The position numbers and the translations under genes were made by a program. The notes beneath the pieces were generated by a model. That model worked only from the letters and a program-made list of their open reading frames with translations, had not been told where the DNA came from and did no database searches. From an uncultured delta proteobacterium (GTDB lineage Bacteria; Myxococcota; Myxococcia; Myxococcales; Anaeromyxobacteraceae), in assembly GCA_963828255.1 (NCBI GenBank), contig CAWHDZ010000040.1, positions 238,103 to 302,102 of the forward strand: a stretch of 64,000 nt of DNA, written 5' to 3'. This document shows, in pieces, positions 1 to 8,516 of the stretch. The number at the start of each line of letters is the position of its first letter. The stretch's first letter is position 1.

Positions 1-1267
1 TCTCCTGGAGCACCTGGGTGGCGTAGCGGCGCTCCAGCTCGGCCAGCGAGGGGCGGTCGGAGACGTCGGGCAGCGGAGCCTTCGCGGGGGAGGAGATGGC
101 GGCGCGAATGGCCTCCGGAAGGTCCTCGGGAACGACCACGCCCGACGGGTTCAGCGCCAGCGCCCGTGCGATCACGTTCTCGAGCTCCCGGACGTTCCCC
201 GGCCATTCGTGGGCGACCAGGAGCTCGCGCGCCTCGGGGGAGATGGCCGACCCCTCGGCCCGGCCGTGCTTCTGGGCGAAGTGCTCGGCGAGCAGCGGGA
301 TGTCCTCGCGTCGCTCCCGCAGCGGCGGGATGCGGATGCTCACCACGTGGAGCCGGTAGTAGAGGTCGGCGCGGAAGGAGCCCTGCTTCACCGCCGCCTC
401 CATGTCCCGATTGGTGGCGGCCACGATGCGAACGTCCACCGCGATGGGCTCGTTGGTGCCGACGCGGCGGATGGTCCCCTCCTGGAGCGCGCGCAGCAGG
501 CGGGCCTGGAGGTTCTGGCCGATGTCGCCGATCTCGTCGAGGAAGAGGGTCCCGTGGTGGGCCTCCTCGAAGAGGCCGCGGCGGGCCACCTGGGCGCCGG
601 TGAAGGCGCCCCGGGCGTGGCCGAAGAGCTCCGACTCGAGGACCCCCTCGGCGATGGCGCCGCAGTCCACGGCCACGAATGGCCCGGAGGCCCGTGGCGA
701 GGCGGTGTGGATGGCGCGGGCGACCAGCTCCTTTCCCGTGCCGCTCTCCCCCTGGATGAGGACCGTGGCGTCGGTGGAGGCCACCCGTGCCGCGGTCTTG
801 TAGACCTGCAGCATGGCTTCGCTGCGCCCCACCACGTTGTCGAGCCGGTAGCGGTCGCGCAGGCCGCGGCGCAGCGCCCGGTTCTCCATGGCAAGCTCGC
901 GGTGCTGGAGCGCCCGGGCCACCACGATCTGGATGGCGTCCACGTCGTAGGGCTTGGAGAGGTAGTCGGCGGCGCCGCGCCGGATGGCCTCCACCGCGCC
1001 GTCGATGTTCCCGAAGGCGGTGACCAGGATGACCGGCGTGTCGGGGGCGCGCTCCCGGAAGGCGTCGATGACCTGGAGCCCGTCCATCTCGGCCATGCGG
1101 ATGTCGGACACCACCAGGTCGGGGTGCTCTCCGGCGTCCAGGGCCGCGACCGCCTCCCTGCCGTCGGAGAGCGCCGTCACCCGGTGCCCCGCGCTGGTGA
1201 GGATCCGGGCGAGGAGGTCGCGGCTCGACTGGTCGTCGTCCACCACCAGGATGTGGGCGGGTTCCAT
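1..1267 (-). CDS. Sigma54-dependent response regulator (NtrC family, REC-AAA+), 3' end runs off the window
   Basis: Minus-strand translation from ATG 1267: MEPAHILVVDDD receiver, GESGTGKE Walker [31 protein letters not shown]; not in ORF track because it is open at the window edge. Confidence 0.93.
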   Translation of the reverse strand, partial: MEPAHILVVDDDQSSRDLLARILTSAGHRVTALSDGREAVAALDAGEHPDLVVSDIRMAEMDGLQVIDAFRERAPDTPVILVTAFGNIDGAVEAIRRGAADYLSKPYDVDAIQIVVARALQHRELAMENRALRRGLRDRYRLDNVVGRSEAMLQVYKTAARVASTDATVLIQGESGTGKELVARAIHTASPRASGPFVAVDCGAIAEGVLESELFGHARGAFTGAQVARRGLFEEAHHGTLFLDEIGDIGQNLQARLLRALQEGTIRRVGTNEPIAVDVRIVAATNRDMEAAVKQGSFRADLYYRLHVVSIRIPPLRERREDIPLLAEHFAQKHGRAEGSAISPEARELLVAHEWPGNVRELENVIARALALNPSGVVVPEDLPEAIRAAISSPAKAPLPDVSDRPSLAELERRYATQVLQE

Positions 1268-1276
1268 CGGGGACTC

Positions 1277-2803
1277 CTATCGTGGAGCCGGGGGAGTGGA
1301 GGGGGGCGCCGGGAGGAGGAGCGTGAAGGTCGCGCCCGCGCCGGGGCTCGACTCCACCTCGATGCGGCCGCGCAGCGCGCCGGCGATCTCCCGGGAGATG
1401 GCCAGGCCGAGCCCGGTGCCCTTGCCCGCCTCCTTGGTGGTGAAGAACGGCTCGAAGATGTGCTTGCGCGCGTCGGGGGCGATGCCGGGTCCCGTGTCGG
1501 TGACCGAGAGTGCAAGCTGGTCGCCGGTGCGCCGCGCGCGGACGGTGAGGCTGCCGGTCCCGGCCATGGCGTCCACCGCGTTGGAGATGAAGTTGCCGAG
1601 GACGTGACGGACCAGCGAGGGGTCGATGCTGGCCGGTCCCAGGTCGGCCGGGACGTCGCGCCGGACCTCGATGCGCTGGCGGGCCTCCGCCGAGACGTTG
1701 AGGGAGAGGGCCTCGTCCACCAGCGCGCCGAGCTGGACCGGCTCGGGGCGGGGCACCAGCGCCCGCGCGGAGTCGAGGAAGCGCCGGATGATGGCGGTCA
1801 TGCGCTGGACCTCGCGCTCGATGACCTGGAACTGGTCGCGCATGCCGGGCGGGCAGGCGGGGTCCCGGGCCAGGAGCTGCACGTGGCCGGAGATGGCGTT
1901 GAGCGGATTCCCCAGCTCGTGGGCGATGGTGCCGGAGAGCTGTCCGAGGGCGGCCAGCCGCTCCTGCGCGGAGCGCTCCCGGCGGGCCTCCATGAGCAGC
2001 TCGTTCAGCTCGGCCAGCTCCCGGTTCTTGCGGGCCAGGTCGGCGGTGGCCTCCTCGACGCGATCCTGCAGCTCCCGGTTGAAGCCGCGCACCCGCCCCA
2101 GCATGGCGTCGAGGCCGCGGGCCAGCGTCCCGATCTCGTCGCGGCGCGCCGTGCCCGGGACGGCGGCGGCGTCGAGGGCGCCCGACTCGACCCCCTCCAC
2201 CGAGCCGGCCAGAGCGGAGAGCGGCTGGACCAGCATCCGGCTGAGGACGAGCGAGAAGGCCAGGAAGATCAGGATGGCGGCGAGAGCCGTGGAGGCCACG
2301 AAGATCCTGGCCTGGCTGCGCCCCAGCCGCTCGGCCTCGGAGAGGCTGGCCTCGAGCCGGATGGCCGCGACGGGGTGGGAGAAGGAGTCCTTCACGGGGA
2401 GCTCGACCCGGACCACGCGGTCGTCGCCGTCGCCGACCACTTCCGAGACGGTCTGGGCGGGGAAGGAGTAGTCGAGATCCCCGAAGGTGGTCTCGGGTCC
2501 GCTGGGGCCGTACTGCATGCGGACCACGTCGTCCTTGCCCGGCTTCCGGATGATGAGCTCGGCGGAGCGCACGCCGCGGTGCTGCCGGAGGGCGGCGGCC
2601 AGCCGGTCGGCGGCACGGGCCGGGTCGAGGTCCCGGGAGAGGTCGAGGTCGGCGCGGACCGCCCGGGCCACCTCGACGGCCCGGTCGCGCACGGCCGACT
2701 CGACGGCCCGCGACGCGGCGCCGGCGCCGAGCGCCGCGGCGATCCCCATGGAGAGCACGAGGATCACCGTGAAGAGGGCGATGATCTTTGCTCGGATGGA
2801 CAC
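1277..2803 (-). CDS. HAMP-domain sensor histidine kinase
   Basis: Two TM segments, HAMP (RRDEIGTLA), H-box AHELGNPL, N-box NAVDAM, DTGPG, FFTTK, GTGLGL; 9 nt upstream of the regulator. Confidence 0.93.
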   Translation of the reverse strand: MSIRAKIIALFTVILVLSMGIAAALGAGAASRAVESAVRDRAVEVARAVRADLDLSRDLDPARAADRLAAALRQHRGVRSAELIIRKPGKDDVVRMQYGPSGPETTFGDLDYSFPAQTVSEVVGDGDDRVVRVELPVKDSFSHPVAAIRLEASLSEAERLGRSQARIFVASTALAAILIFLAFSLVLSRMLVQPLSALAGSVEGVESGALDAAAVPGTARRDEIGTLARGLDAMLGRVRGFNRELQDRVEEATADLARKNRELAELNELLMEARRERSAQERLAALGQLSGTIAHELGNPLNAISGHVQLLARDPACPPGMRDQFQVIEREVQRMTAIIRRFLDSARALVPRPEPVQLGALVDEALSLNVSAEARQRIEVRRDVPADLGPASIDPSLVRHVLGNFISNAVDAMAGTGSLTVRARRTGDQLALSVTDTGPGIAPDARKHIFEPFFTTKEAGKGTGLGLAISREIAGALRGRIEVESSPGAGATFTLLLPAPPSTPPAPR

Positions 2804-2824
2804 GGGACCCTGGGTGAAATGGAA

Positions 2825-2852
2825 AGGGCCGGCTGCGATCGCAGCCGGCCCT
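2825..2852 (-). terminator. Probable intrinsic terminator of the small exported protein gene
   Basis: Perfect 28-bp palindrome agggccggctgcgatcgcagccggccct, reading into TTTCC on the minus strand. Confidence 0.6.
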
Positions 2853-2877
2853 CCAAGCTACCAGAATCAGCCGCTGA

Positions 2878-3151
2878 CTACTTGGACGGCTGGGGCTGCG
2901 TCGTGGTGTCCGGCGGGGCCTTCTTGGCCTTCTTCTTGGTCTCCTTCTTCGCCGGGGCCGCGGCGGCCGGCTTGGCGGCCGGGGCAGCGGCGGCCGGCAT
3001 CGGCGGCCGGGGCAGCGGCGGCCGGGGCAGCGGCGGCCGGCGCAGCGGCGGCCGGCGCAGGGGCCGGGGCGGCCGGCTTGGCGGCGGGGGCCTGGGCGAG
3101 GACTGGGAGGGCGAAGGCGACGGCCACGAGGGCGCTGAGGATCTTCTTCAT
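2878..3151 (-). CDS. Small exported Ala/Pro/Lys-rich protein (apparent 1-nt frameshift near 3000)
   Basis: RBS AGGAGA; signal peptide MKKILSALVAVAFALPVLA; PAAAA repeats; a shifted frame continues PAAKPAAAAPAKKETKKKAKKAPPDTTTQPQPSK-TAG. Confidence 0.7.
2978..3062. repeat. Imperfect 15-nt tandem repeat (gccggggcagcggcg) encoding PAAAA
   Basis: About five copies visible inside the small exported protein gene. Confidence 0.75.
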
Positions 3152-3209
3152 TTGGGGTCTTCTCCTTGGGGGTTTTCTGACTGGCGGGTAAAGCTCCACC
3201 AGGGTCTTT

Positions 3210-3225
3210 AGCAGCGTCCGTGCCA
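3210..3225 (-). promoter_or_regulatory. Sigma54 (-24/-12) promoter
   Basis: Minus strand TGGCACGGACGCTGCT matches TGGCACG-N4-TTGCW with exact GG/GC spacing, about 60 nt upstream of ATG 3151. Confidence 0.75.
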
Positions 3226-3397
3226 TGACATGGCCCGCCATGGGCGACGTGAAATCGGGCACTTGCGAGGGGGACGCCTGGTCGCCCGCGGGGGACCGGG
3301 GAGTTCTGGGACGCCCCCGGCAGGAAGTGGGTAGGAGTTCCACGGGGTTCGCGACTATAAGGCGCGGATGCCCACCGACTACACCGATCGCAGGACC

Positions 3398-3754
3398 ATG
3401 CGGCTCGACGTCGAGTTCTACTTCGCCGCCGCCCACCGGCTCCCCCGGTACGAGGGGCCGTGCTTCCGGCTCCACGGGCACAACTACAAGTTCTTCGTGG
3501 GCGTGGAGGGGGAGGTCGATCCGGCCACCGGGATGATCGCCGACTTCGGGAAGATCAAGGAGGTGGTGGCCGAGGAGGTCCTCTCCCGCGCCGACCACCG
3601 CAACCTGAACGACGTCCTCGACAACCCGACCGCCGAGAACATCGCGCGCTGGATCTGGGAGGTGCTGGCGCCGCGGGTGACCGGCCTCTGCGAGGTGCGG
3701 CTCTACGAGATCCCCGACTGCTGCGTGACCTACCGGGGGCCGGGTGGGCGCTAG
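3398..3754 (+). CDS. queD: 6-carboxytetrahydropterin synthase / PTPS family
   Basis: FAAAHRL, C-x3-HGHNY, DHRNLND, PTAENIA motifs; AGGA RBS before ATG 3398. Confidence 0.88.
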   Translation: MRLDVEFYFAAAHRLPRYEGPCFRLHGHNYKFFVGVEGEVDPATGMIADFGKIKEVVAEEVLSRADHRNLNDVLDNPTAENIARWIWEVLAPRVTGLCEVRLYEIPDCCVTYRGPGGR

Positions 3755-4358
3755 GAGGAGGCCTTCGACGGGAGCGGCCGCGGCGGCCGTCGCGCGCTTC
3801 CTCGCGGAGGTGGTCCCGGCCACAGCCCTGAAGGCTGCCGACGTGAGGGGCACGCCGCGCCGCGTGGCCGAGGCCTTCCGCGACGACCTGCTCGACGGGT
3901 ACCGGGCGGACCCCGCGGAGATCCTCGGGCAGGCCATGGAGGTCCCGGGGCGTGACCTGGTGGCGCTGGCCGGGATCGACTTCCACGCGGTCTGCCCGCA
4001 CCACCTGCTCCCGTACCGGGGCCGCGCCTGCGTGGCCTACGTGCCCGGCGGCCGGGTGGTGGGATTCGGCGTGCTGGCCCGGCTGGTGGACTGCTTCGCC
4101 CACCGCCTGGTCATCCAGGAGGTCCTGGCCCGCCAGGTGGCCGATGCGCTGGTGGCCCACCTGGGAGCGCGCGGCGCGGCCTGCATCCTCGACGCGGAGC
4201 AGATGTGCCTCACGGTGAGGGGCGAGCGGCGCCGCGAGGCCAGGGCCCACGCCCAGGCCTTCGCCGGGTCGATGGCCCGGAGCGCGGCCTGGCAGCGGCG
4301 GGTCCTCGGCATCGCCGCGGGCCAGCCCACCTCGGCTCAGGGGAGGAGACGCCGGTGA
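3744..4358 (+). CDS. folE: GTP cyclohydrolase I family protein (divergent)
   Basis: TPRRVA, CPHHLLPYRG, IQE, MCLTVRG; start approximate. Confidence 0.8.
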   Translation: MGARRRPSTGAAAAAVARFLAEVVPATALKAADVRGTPRRVAEAFRDDLLDGYRADPAEILGQAMEVPGRDLVALAGIDFHAVCPHHLLPYRGRACVAYVPGGRVVGFGVLARLVDCFAHRLVIQEVLARQVADALVAHLGARGAACILDAEQMCLTVRGERRREARAHAQAFAGSMARSAAWQRRVLGIAAGQPTSAQGRRRR

Positions 4359-5053
4359 CCGGGGGGCCTGCCGGGAGGCTCGACGGCCGGACCGCCATCG
4401 TCACCGGCGGTGGAAGGGGCATCGGGGCCGCGGTGGCCCGGGAGCTGACCCGGCGTGGGGCGCGGGTGACCGTCTTCGCGCGAAGCGCTCCCGAGGTCGA
4501 CGAGGTGGTGGCGTCGGGGGGGGCGGCGCTGGCCGTCGCCGGCGACGTGTCGGTGGAGGCCGACGTGGTGCGCCTGCGCGCCTCGCACGAGCGGGTGCTC
4601 GGCCCCTGCGACGTGCTGGTCCACGCCGCCGGGATCCTGGTGCGTGGACGCGTCGAGGTCCTCGAGCCGGCCGCCTGGCGCCGCGTGCTCGAGGTGAACC
4701 TCACCGGGGCCTTCCTCCTGGCGCGCGCGGTGCTGCCGGGGATGCGCGCGCGGGGCCGGGGGCGCATCCTGGCCATCGCCTCCATCTCCGCCCATGTGGG
4801 GACGGCCGAGGGGTCGGCCTACAACGCCTCGAAGTGGGGGCTGGTCGGCTTCGCGAAGAGCCTGGCCGAGGAGGTGCGCGGCTCCGGCGTCCAGGTGATG
4901 ACCATCTCTCCGGGCGGGGTGGCAACGCGCATGCTGGCGCAGACCCCGTTCCCGCCCGCCATGGAGGCGGACGACGTGGCCCGGGTGGTGGGCTGGTGCG
5001 CCGCGGAGGCGCCGGACGCGATGAGCGGGAGCGACGTGGAGGTGTTCGGGTGA
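4355..5053 (+). CDS. Short-chain dehydrogenase/reductase
   Basis: TGGGRGIG, HAAG, YNASK; GTG start overlaps folE stop (GTGA). Confidence 0.9.
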   Translation: MTGGPAGRLDGRTAIVTGGGRGIGAAVARELTRRGARVTVFARSAPEVDEVVASGGAALAVAGDVSVEADVVRLRASHERVLGPCDVLVHAAGILVRGRVEVLEPAAWRRVLEVNLTGAFLLARAVLPGMRARGRGRILAIASISAHVGTAEGSAYNASKWGLVGFAKSLAEEVRGSGVQVMTISPGGVATRMLAQTPFPPAMEADDVARVVGWCAAEAPDAMSGSDVEVFG

Positions 5054-6444
5054 CGGCGGGGACGGGGACCGCGGCGGCCTTCGAGGAGCTGCGGGCCGCC
5101 TTCCCGGCCGGGCGGCTGGTCGAGGACGCGGAACGGCTCGCCGTGTACGGCACGGACGAGTCCGACCTGGGGGTCTTCCCACCAGGACTGGTGGTGAAGG
5201 TGGAGTCGGCCGAGGAGGTGCGCACCGTCTTCGCCGTCGCCTCGCGCCACCGGGTCCCGGTGGTGCCCATCTCGGCGCGCACCGGGAAGTCGGGAGGGTC
5301 GCTCGCCATCCACGGCGGCATCGGGGTGTCGGTGGAGCGGATGGACCGCATCCTCGAGATCCGGCCCGGCGACCTCACCGCCCGGCTCCAGCCCGCGGTG
5401 ATCACCGGCGTGTTCCAGGCCGAGGTGGAGAAGCACGGGCTCTTCTACCCGCCCGATCCCAACTCCCTCGACACCTGCACCATCGGCGGAAACGTGGCCG
5501 AGAACGCCGGGGGGCCCCGGGCGCTCCGCTACGGCGTCACGCGGGAGTACGTGCTCGGCCTCGAGGTGGTGATCCCCACCGGCGAGATCCTCCGGGTGGG
5601 GCGGCAGACCATCAAGGGCGTGGCTGGCTACGACCTCACCGCGCTCTTCGTGGGGAGCGAGGGGACGCTCGGCATCGTCACCGAGGTGACGGTGAAGCTC
5701 CTGCCGCGCCCGCGCCACGTGGCCACCGCGCTGGTCTGCTTCCCCGACCTGGACACCGCGGCCCGGGCGGTGAGCCGCGTGCTGGCCGAGGGGGTCATCC
5801 CGCGCTGCCTCGAGCTCATCGACGACGTCTCGGTCCAGGCCATCGCGAAGGGCTCGCCGTTCCAGCTGCCGCCCGGCGCCGGCGCGGCGCTCCTCTTCGA
5901 GACCGACGGCAACGACGAGGAGCAGGTCTTCGCGGAGATGGCCCGGGTGGCCGAGATGGTCCGGGGCAGCGCCTCGGGCGAGGTGATCGTCGCCCAGAAC
6001 GAGGCCCAGCGCCGGGACATCTGGGAGACCCGCAAGTACCTGTCGGTGGCCCTGAAGAAGCTCGCCACGGCCAAGCTCTCCGAGGACGTCGCGGTGCCCC
6101 GCTCGCGCATCCCCGAGATGGTGGCGCGCAGCCGGGAGATCGGGAAGGTCCACGGCCTGCTGGTCGCCACCTACGGCCACGCCGGGGACGGAAACCTCCA
6201 CTGCAACGTGCTCTTCGACGGCGAACGCCAGCGGGAGGCCGCCGAGGCGGCCGTCGCCGACATCCTCAGGGCCGCCGTGGACATGGGCGGGACGATCACC
6301 GGGGAGCACGGGGTGGGGCTCGCAAAGCGGGACTTCCTCGAGTACGAGCAGGGCGCGGCGGTTCTCGGGCTGGAGCGGCGCCTCAAGGCGACCTTCGATC
6401 CGCTGGGGATCCTGAACCCGGGGAAGATGTTCCCGGAATCCTGA
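5050..6444 (+). CDS. FAD-linked oxidase, GlcD/D-2-hydroxyacid dehydrogenase family
   Basis: YPPDP, TIGGNVAENAGG, GSEGTLG, GHAGDGNLH, GEHGVG, LNPGK; GTGA overlap with SDR. Confidence 0.9.
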   Translation: MTAGTGTAAAFEELRAAFPAGRLVEDAERLAVYGTDESDLGVFPPGLVVKVESAEEVRTVFAVASRHRVPVVPISARTGKSGGSLAIHGGIGVSVERMDRILEIRPGDLTARLQPAVITGVFQAEVEKHGLFYPPDPNSLDTCTIGGNVAENAGGPRALRYGVTREYVLGLEVVIPTGEILRVGRQTIKGVAGYDLTALFVGSEGTLGIVTEVTVKLLPRPRHVATALVCFPDLDTAARAVSRVLAEGVIPRCLELIDDVSVQAIAKGSPFQLPPGAGAALLFETDGNDEEQVFAEMARVAEMVRGSASGEVIVAQNEAQRRDIWETRKYLSVALKKLATAKLSEDVAVPRSRIPEMVARSREIGKVHGLLVATYGHAGDGNLHCNVLFDGERQREAAEAAVADILRAAVDMGGTITGEHGVGLAKRDFLEYEQGAAVLGLERRLKATFDPLGILNPGKMFPES

Positions 6445-6635
6445 GGGCCCTCCAAGGTCCAGGCGGAATCGCGCAGTGGTTGCGGCGGTTTCCGCGCTTC
6501 CCGGGGGTTTGTTCTTGCCTTGACAACGATCCAGCGATCCGGCATCAAGTTAACCCCCTCGGTACCCGGCAAGGACGATTCCGCCGCGCCAGGGCCCCTC
6601 CCGCGAAGGCCCCCGTCAAGGAGACGAAGGACGAC

Positions 6636-8495
6636 ATGCAACCCAACACTGGAAAGACCCGGCCGGTCGAGCAGGTCGAAGGCGTCACCATCCGCTTCGT
6701 CGGCGACTCCGGCGACGGCATGCAGCTGGTCGGGTCGGAGTTCACCAAGGCCTCCGCCATCGCCGGAAACGACCTGGCGACCTTCCCCGACTTCCCCGCC
6801 GAGATTCGCGCCCCCACGGGCTCGCTGGCCGGCGTCTCCGGTTACCAGGTCAACTTCGGGTCCAGGGACATCTTCACCCCGGGTGACCAGCCCGACGTCC
6901 TCGTGGCCATGAACCCGGCCGCCCTGAAGACCAACCTCCAGGACCTCCGGCCGGGCGGCATCCTCATCACCAACAGCGGGGCCTACACCGAGGGCAACCT
7001 CGAGAAGGCCGGCTACAAGACCCACCCGCTCGACGACGACGCCCTGAAGAAGAACTACAAGGTCGTCTCGGTCGACATGGACAAGCTCACCCAGGCCGCG
7101 CTGGCCGGGTCGGGGCTCTCCAACAAGGACGTGGCCCGCTGCAGGAACTACTTCGCGCTGGGCATGATGTACTGGCTCTACAGCCGCCCGCCCGAGCCGC
7201 AGCTCGAGAACATCCGGGCCAAGTTCAAGAAGAAGCCGGAGATCGCCGAGGCCAACGTCAAGGTGTTCCAGGCCGGTCACGCCTTCGGCGAGACCACCGA
7301 GCTCTTCGTCTCCCAGTACAGGGTGCCGGCGGCCAAGCTGGCGCCGGGAACCTACCGGAACGTGACCGGCAACGGCGCCGCGGCCCTTGCGCTGGCCACC
7401 GTGGCCAAGCTCACCGGCCGCGAGGTCTTCCTGGGAAGCTACCCCATCACCCCGGCCACCGAGATCCTCCAGGACTCCTCCTACTTCAAGGACATGGGGG
7501 TCGTGACCTACCAGGCCGAGGACGAGATCGCCGGCATCGGCTCCGCCATCGGCGCCTCCTTCGGTGGCTCCCTGGGCGTGACCACCACCTCCGGCCCGGG
7601 GCTCGCGCTCAAGTCGGAGATGCTGGGCCTCGCGGTCATCGCCGAGCTGCCCCTGGTCGTCATCGACGTGCAGCGCGGCGGCCCCTCCACGGGCATGCCC
7701 ACCAAGACCGAGCAGTCCGACCTCTACATCGCGCTCTTCGGCCGCCACGGCGAGGCGCCCATGCCGGTCATCGCGGCGCGCAGCCCGGCCGACTGCTACT
7801 ACGCGACGCTGGAGGGGTTCCAGATCGCCATCAAGTGGATGACCCCGGTGCTCGTGCTCACCGACGGGTACCTTGGCTTCGGCTCCGAGCCGTTCCGCAT
7901 CCCCGAGGAGGGCGAGATGAAGCCCTTCGAGGTCAAGTACCAGACCACGCCCAACTACAACGGGCAGTACATGCCGTACCTGCGCGACGCCAAGCTCATC
8001 CGCCCCTGGGCGGTCCCGGGCACGGCCGGCCTCGAACACCGCATCGGCGGCCTCGAGAAGGACTCCATGTCGGGCATGGTCTCCTACGACGGCATGAACC
8101 ACGAGAAGATGGTGAAGACCCGCGCCCAGAAGATCCGCAACGTCATCGAGGACGTCCCCGACGTCGTCGTGGACGGCGAGCCCACCGGCGACCTGCTGCT
8201 CCTCTCCTGGGGCGGCACCTACGGCTCGGTCCGCGGCGCCGCCGCCCGGCTCCGCGCCCAGGGCAAGAAGGTCGGGCACGTGCACTTGCGCTGGCTCAAC
8301 CCGCTTCCGAAGAACCTCGGCGCGGTGCTCAAGGCCTTCAAGAAGGTGCTGGTTCCCGAGGTCAACGACGGCCAGCTGGCCAACTACATGCGCATGTCCT
8401 TCCCGGGTCTCGATCCGCTGCAGTTCAACCGGATCAACGGCAAGGCCATCAAGATCAGCGAGCTGACCGCCAAGGTCAACGAGATCCTGGGCTAG
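6636..8495 (+). CDS. korA: 2-oxoacid:acceptor oxidoreductase alpha subunit (gamma-alpha fusion)
   Basis: GDSGDGMQ, YPITPA, QAEDEIAG, TSGPG, QRGGPSTGMPTKTEQSD. Confidence 0.92.
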   Translation: MQPNTGKTRPVEQVEGVTIRFVGDSGDGMQLVGSEFTKASAIAGNDLATFPDFPAEIRAPTGSLAGVSGYQVNFGSRDIFTPGDQPDVLVAMNPAALKTNLQDLRPGGILITNSGAYTEGNLEKAGYKTHPLDDDALKKNYKVVSVDMDKLTQAALAGSGLSNKDVARCRNYFALGMMYWLYSRPPEPQLENIRAKFKKKPEIAEANVKVFQAGHAFGETTELFVSQYRVPAAKLAPGTYRNVTGNGAAALALATVAKLTGREVFLGSYPITPATEILQDSSYFKDMGVVTYQAEDEIAGIGSAIGASFGGSLGVTTTSGPGLALKSEMLGLAVIAELPLVVIDVQRGGPSTGMPTKTEQSDLYIALFGRHGEAPMPVIAARSPADCYYATLEGFQIAIKWMTPVLVLTDGYLGFGSEPFRIPEEGEMKPFEVKYQTTPNYNGQYMPYLRDAKLIRPWAVPGTAGLEHRIGGLEKDSMSGMVSYDGMNHEKMVKTRAQKIRNVIEDVPDVVVDGEPTGDLLLLSWGGTYGSVRGAAARLRAQGKKVGHVHLRWLNPLPKNLGAVLKAFKKVLVPEVNDGQLANYMRMSFPGLDPLQFNRINGKAIKISELTAKVNEILG

Positions 8496-8516
8496 GCCCG
8501 GAAGGAAAACACGACC

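Noticed and set aside
209..3211. 1000-aa plus-strand ORF and similar very long ORFs (6171-9791, 16335-20219, 36877-40368, 48512-51979)
   Set aside because: Antisense or off-frame shadows of real high-GC genes; they carry no motifs and overlap clearly identified genes.
6520..6550. TTGACA...ATCAA upstream of korA as an FNR box or promoter
   Set aside because: Half-site spacing does not fit TTGAT-N4-ATCAA and there is no convincing -10 element.
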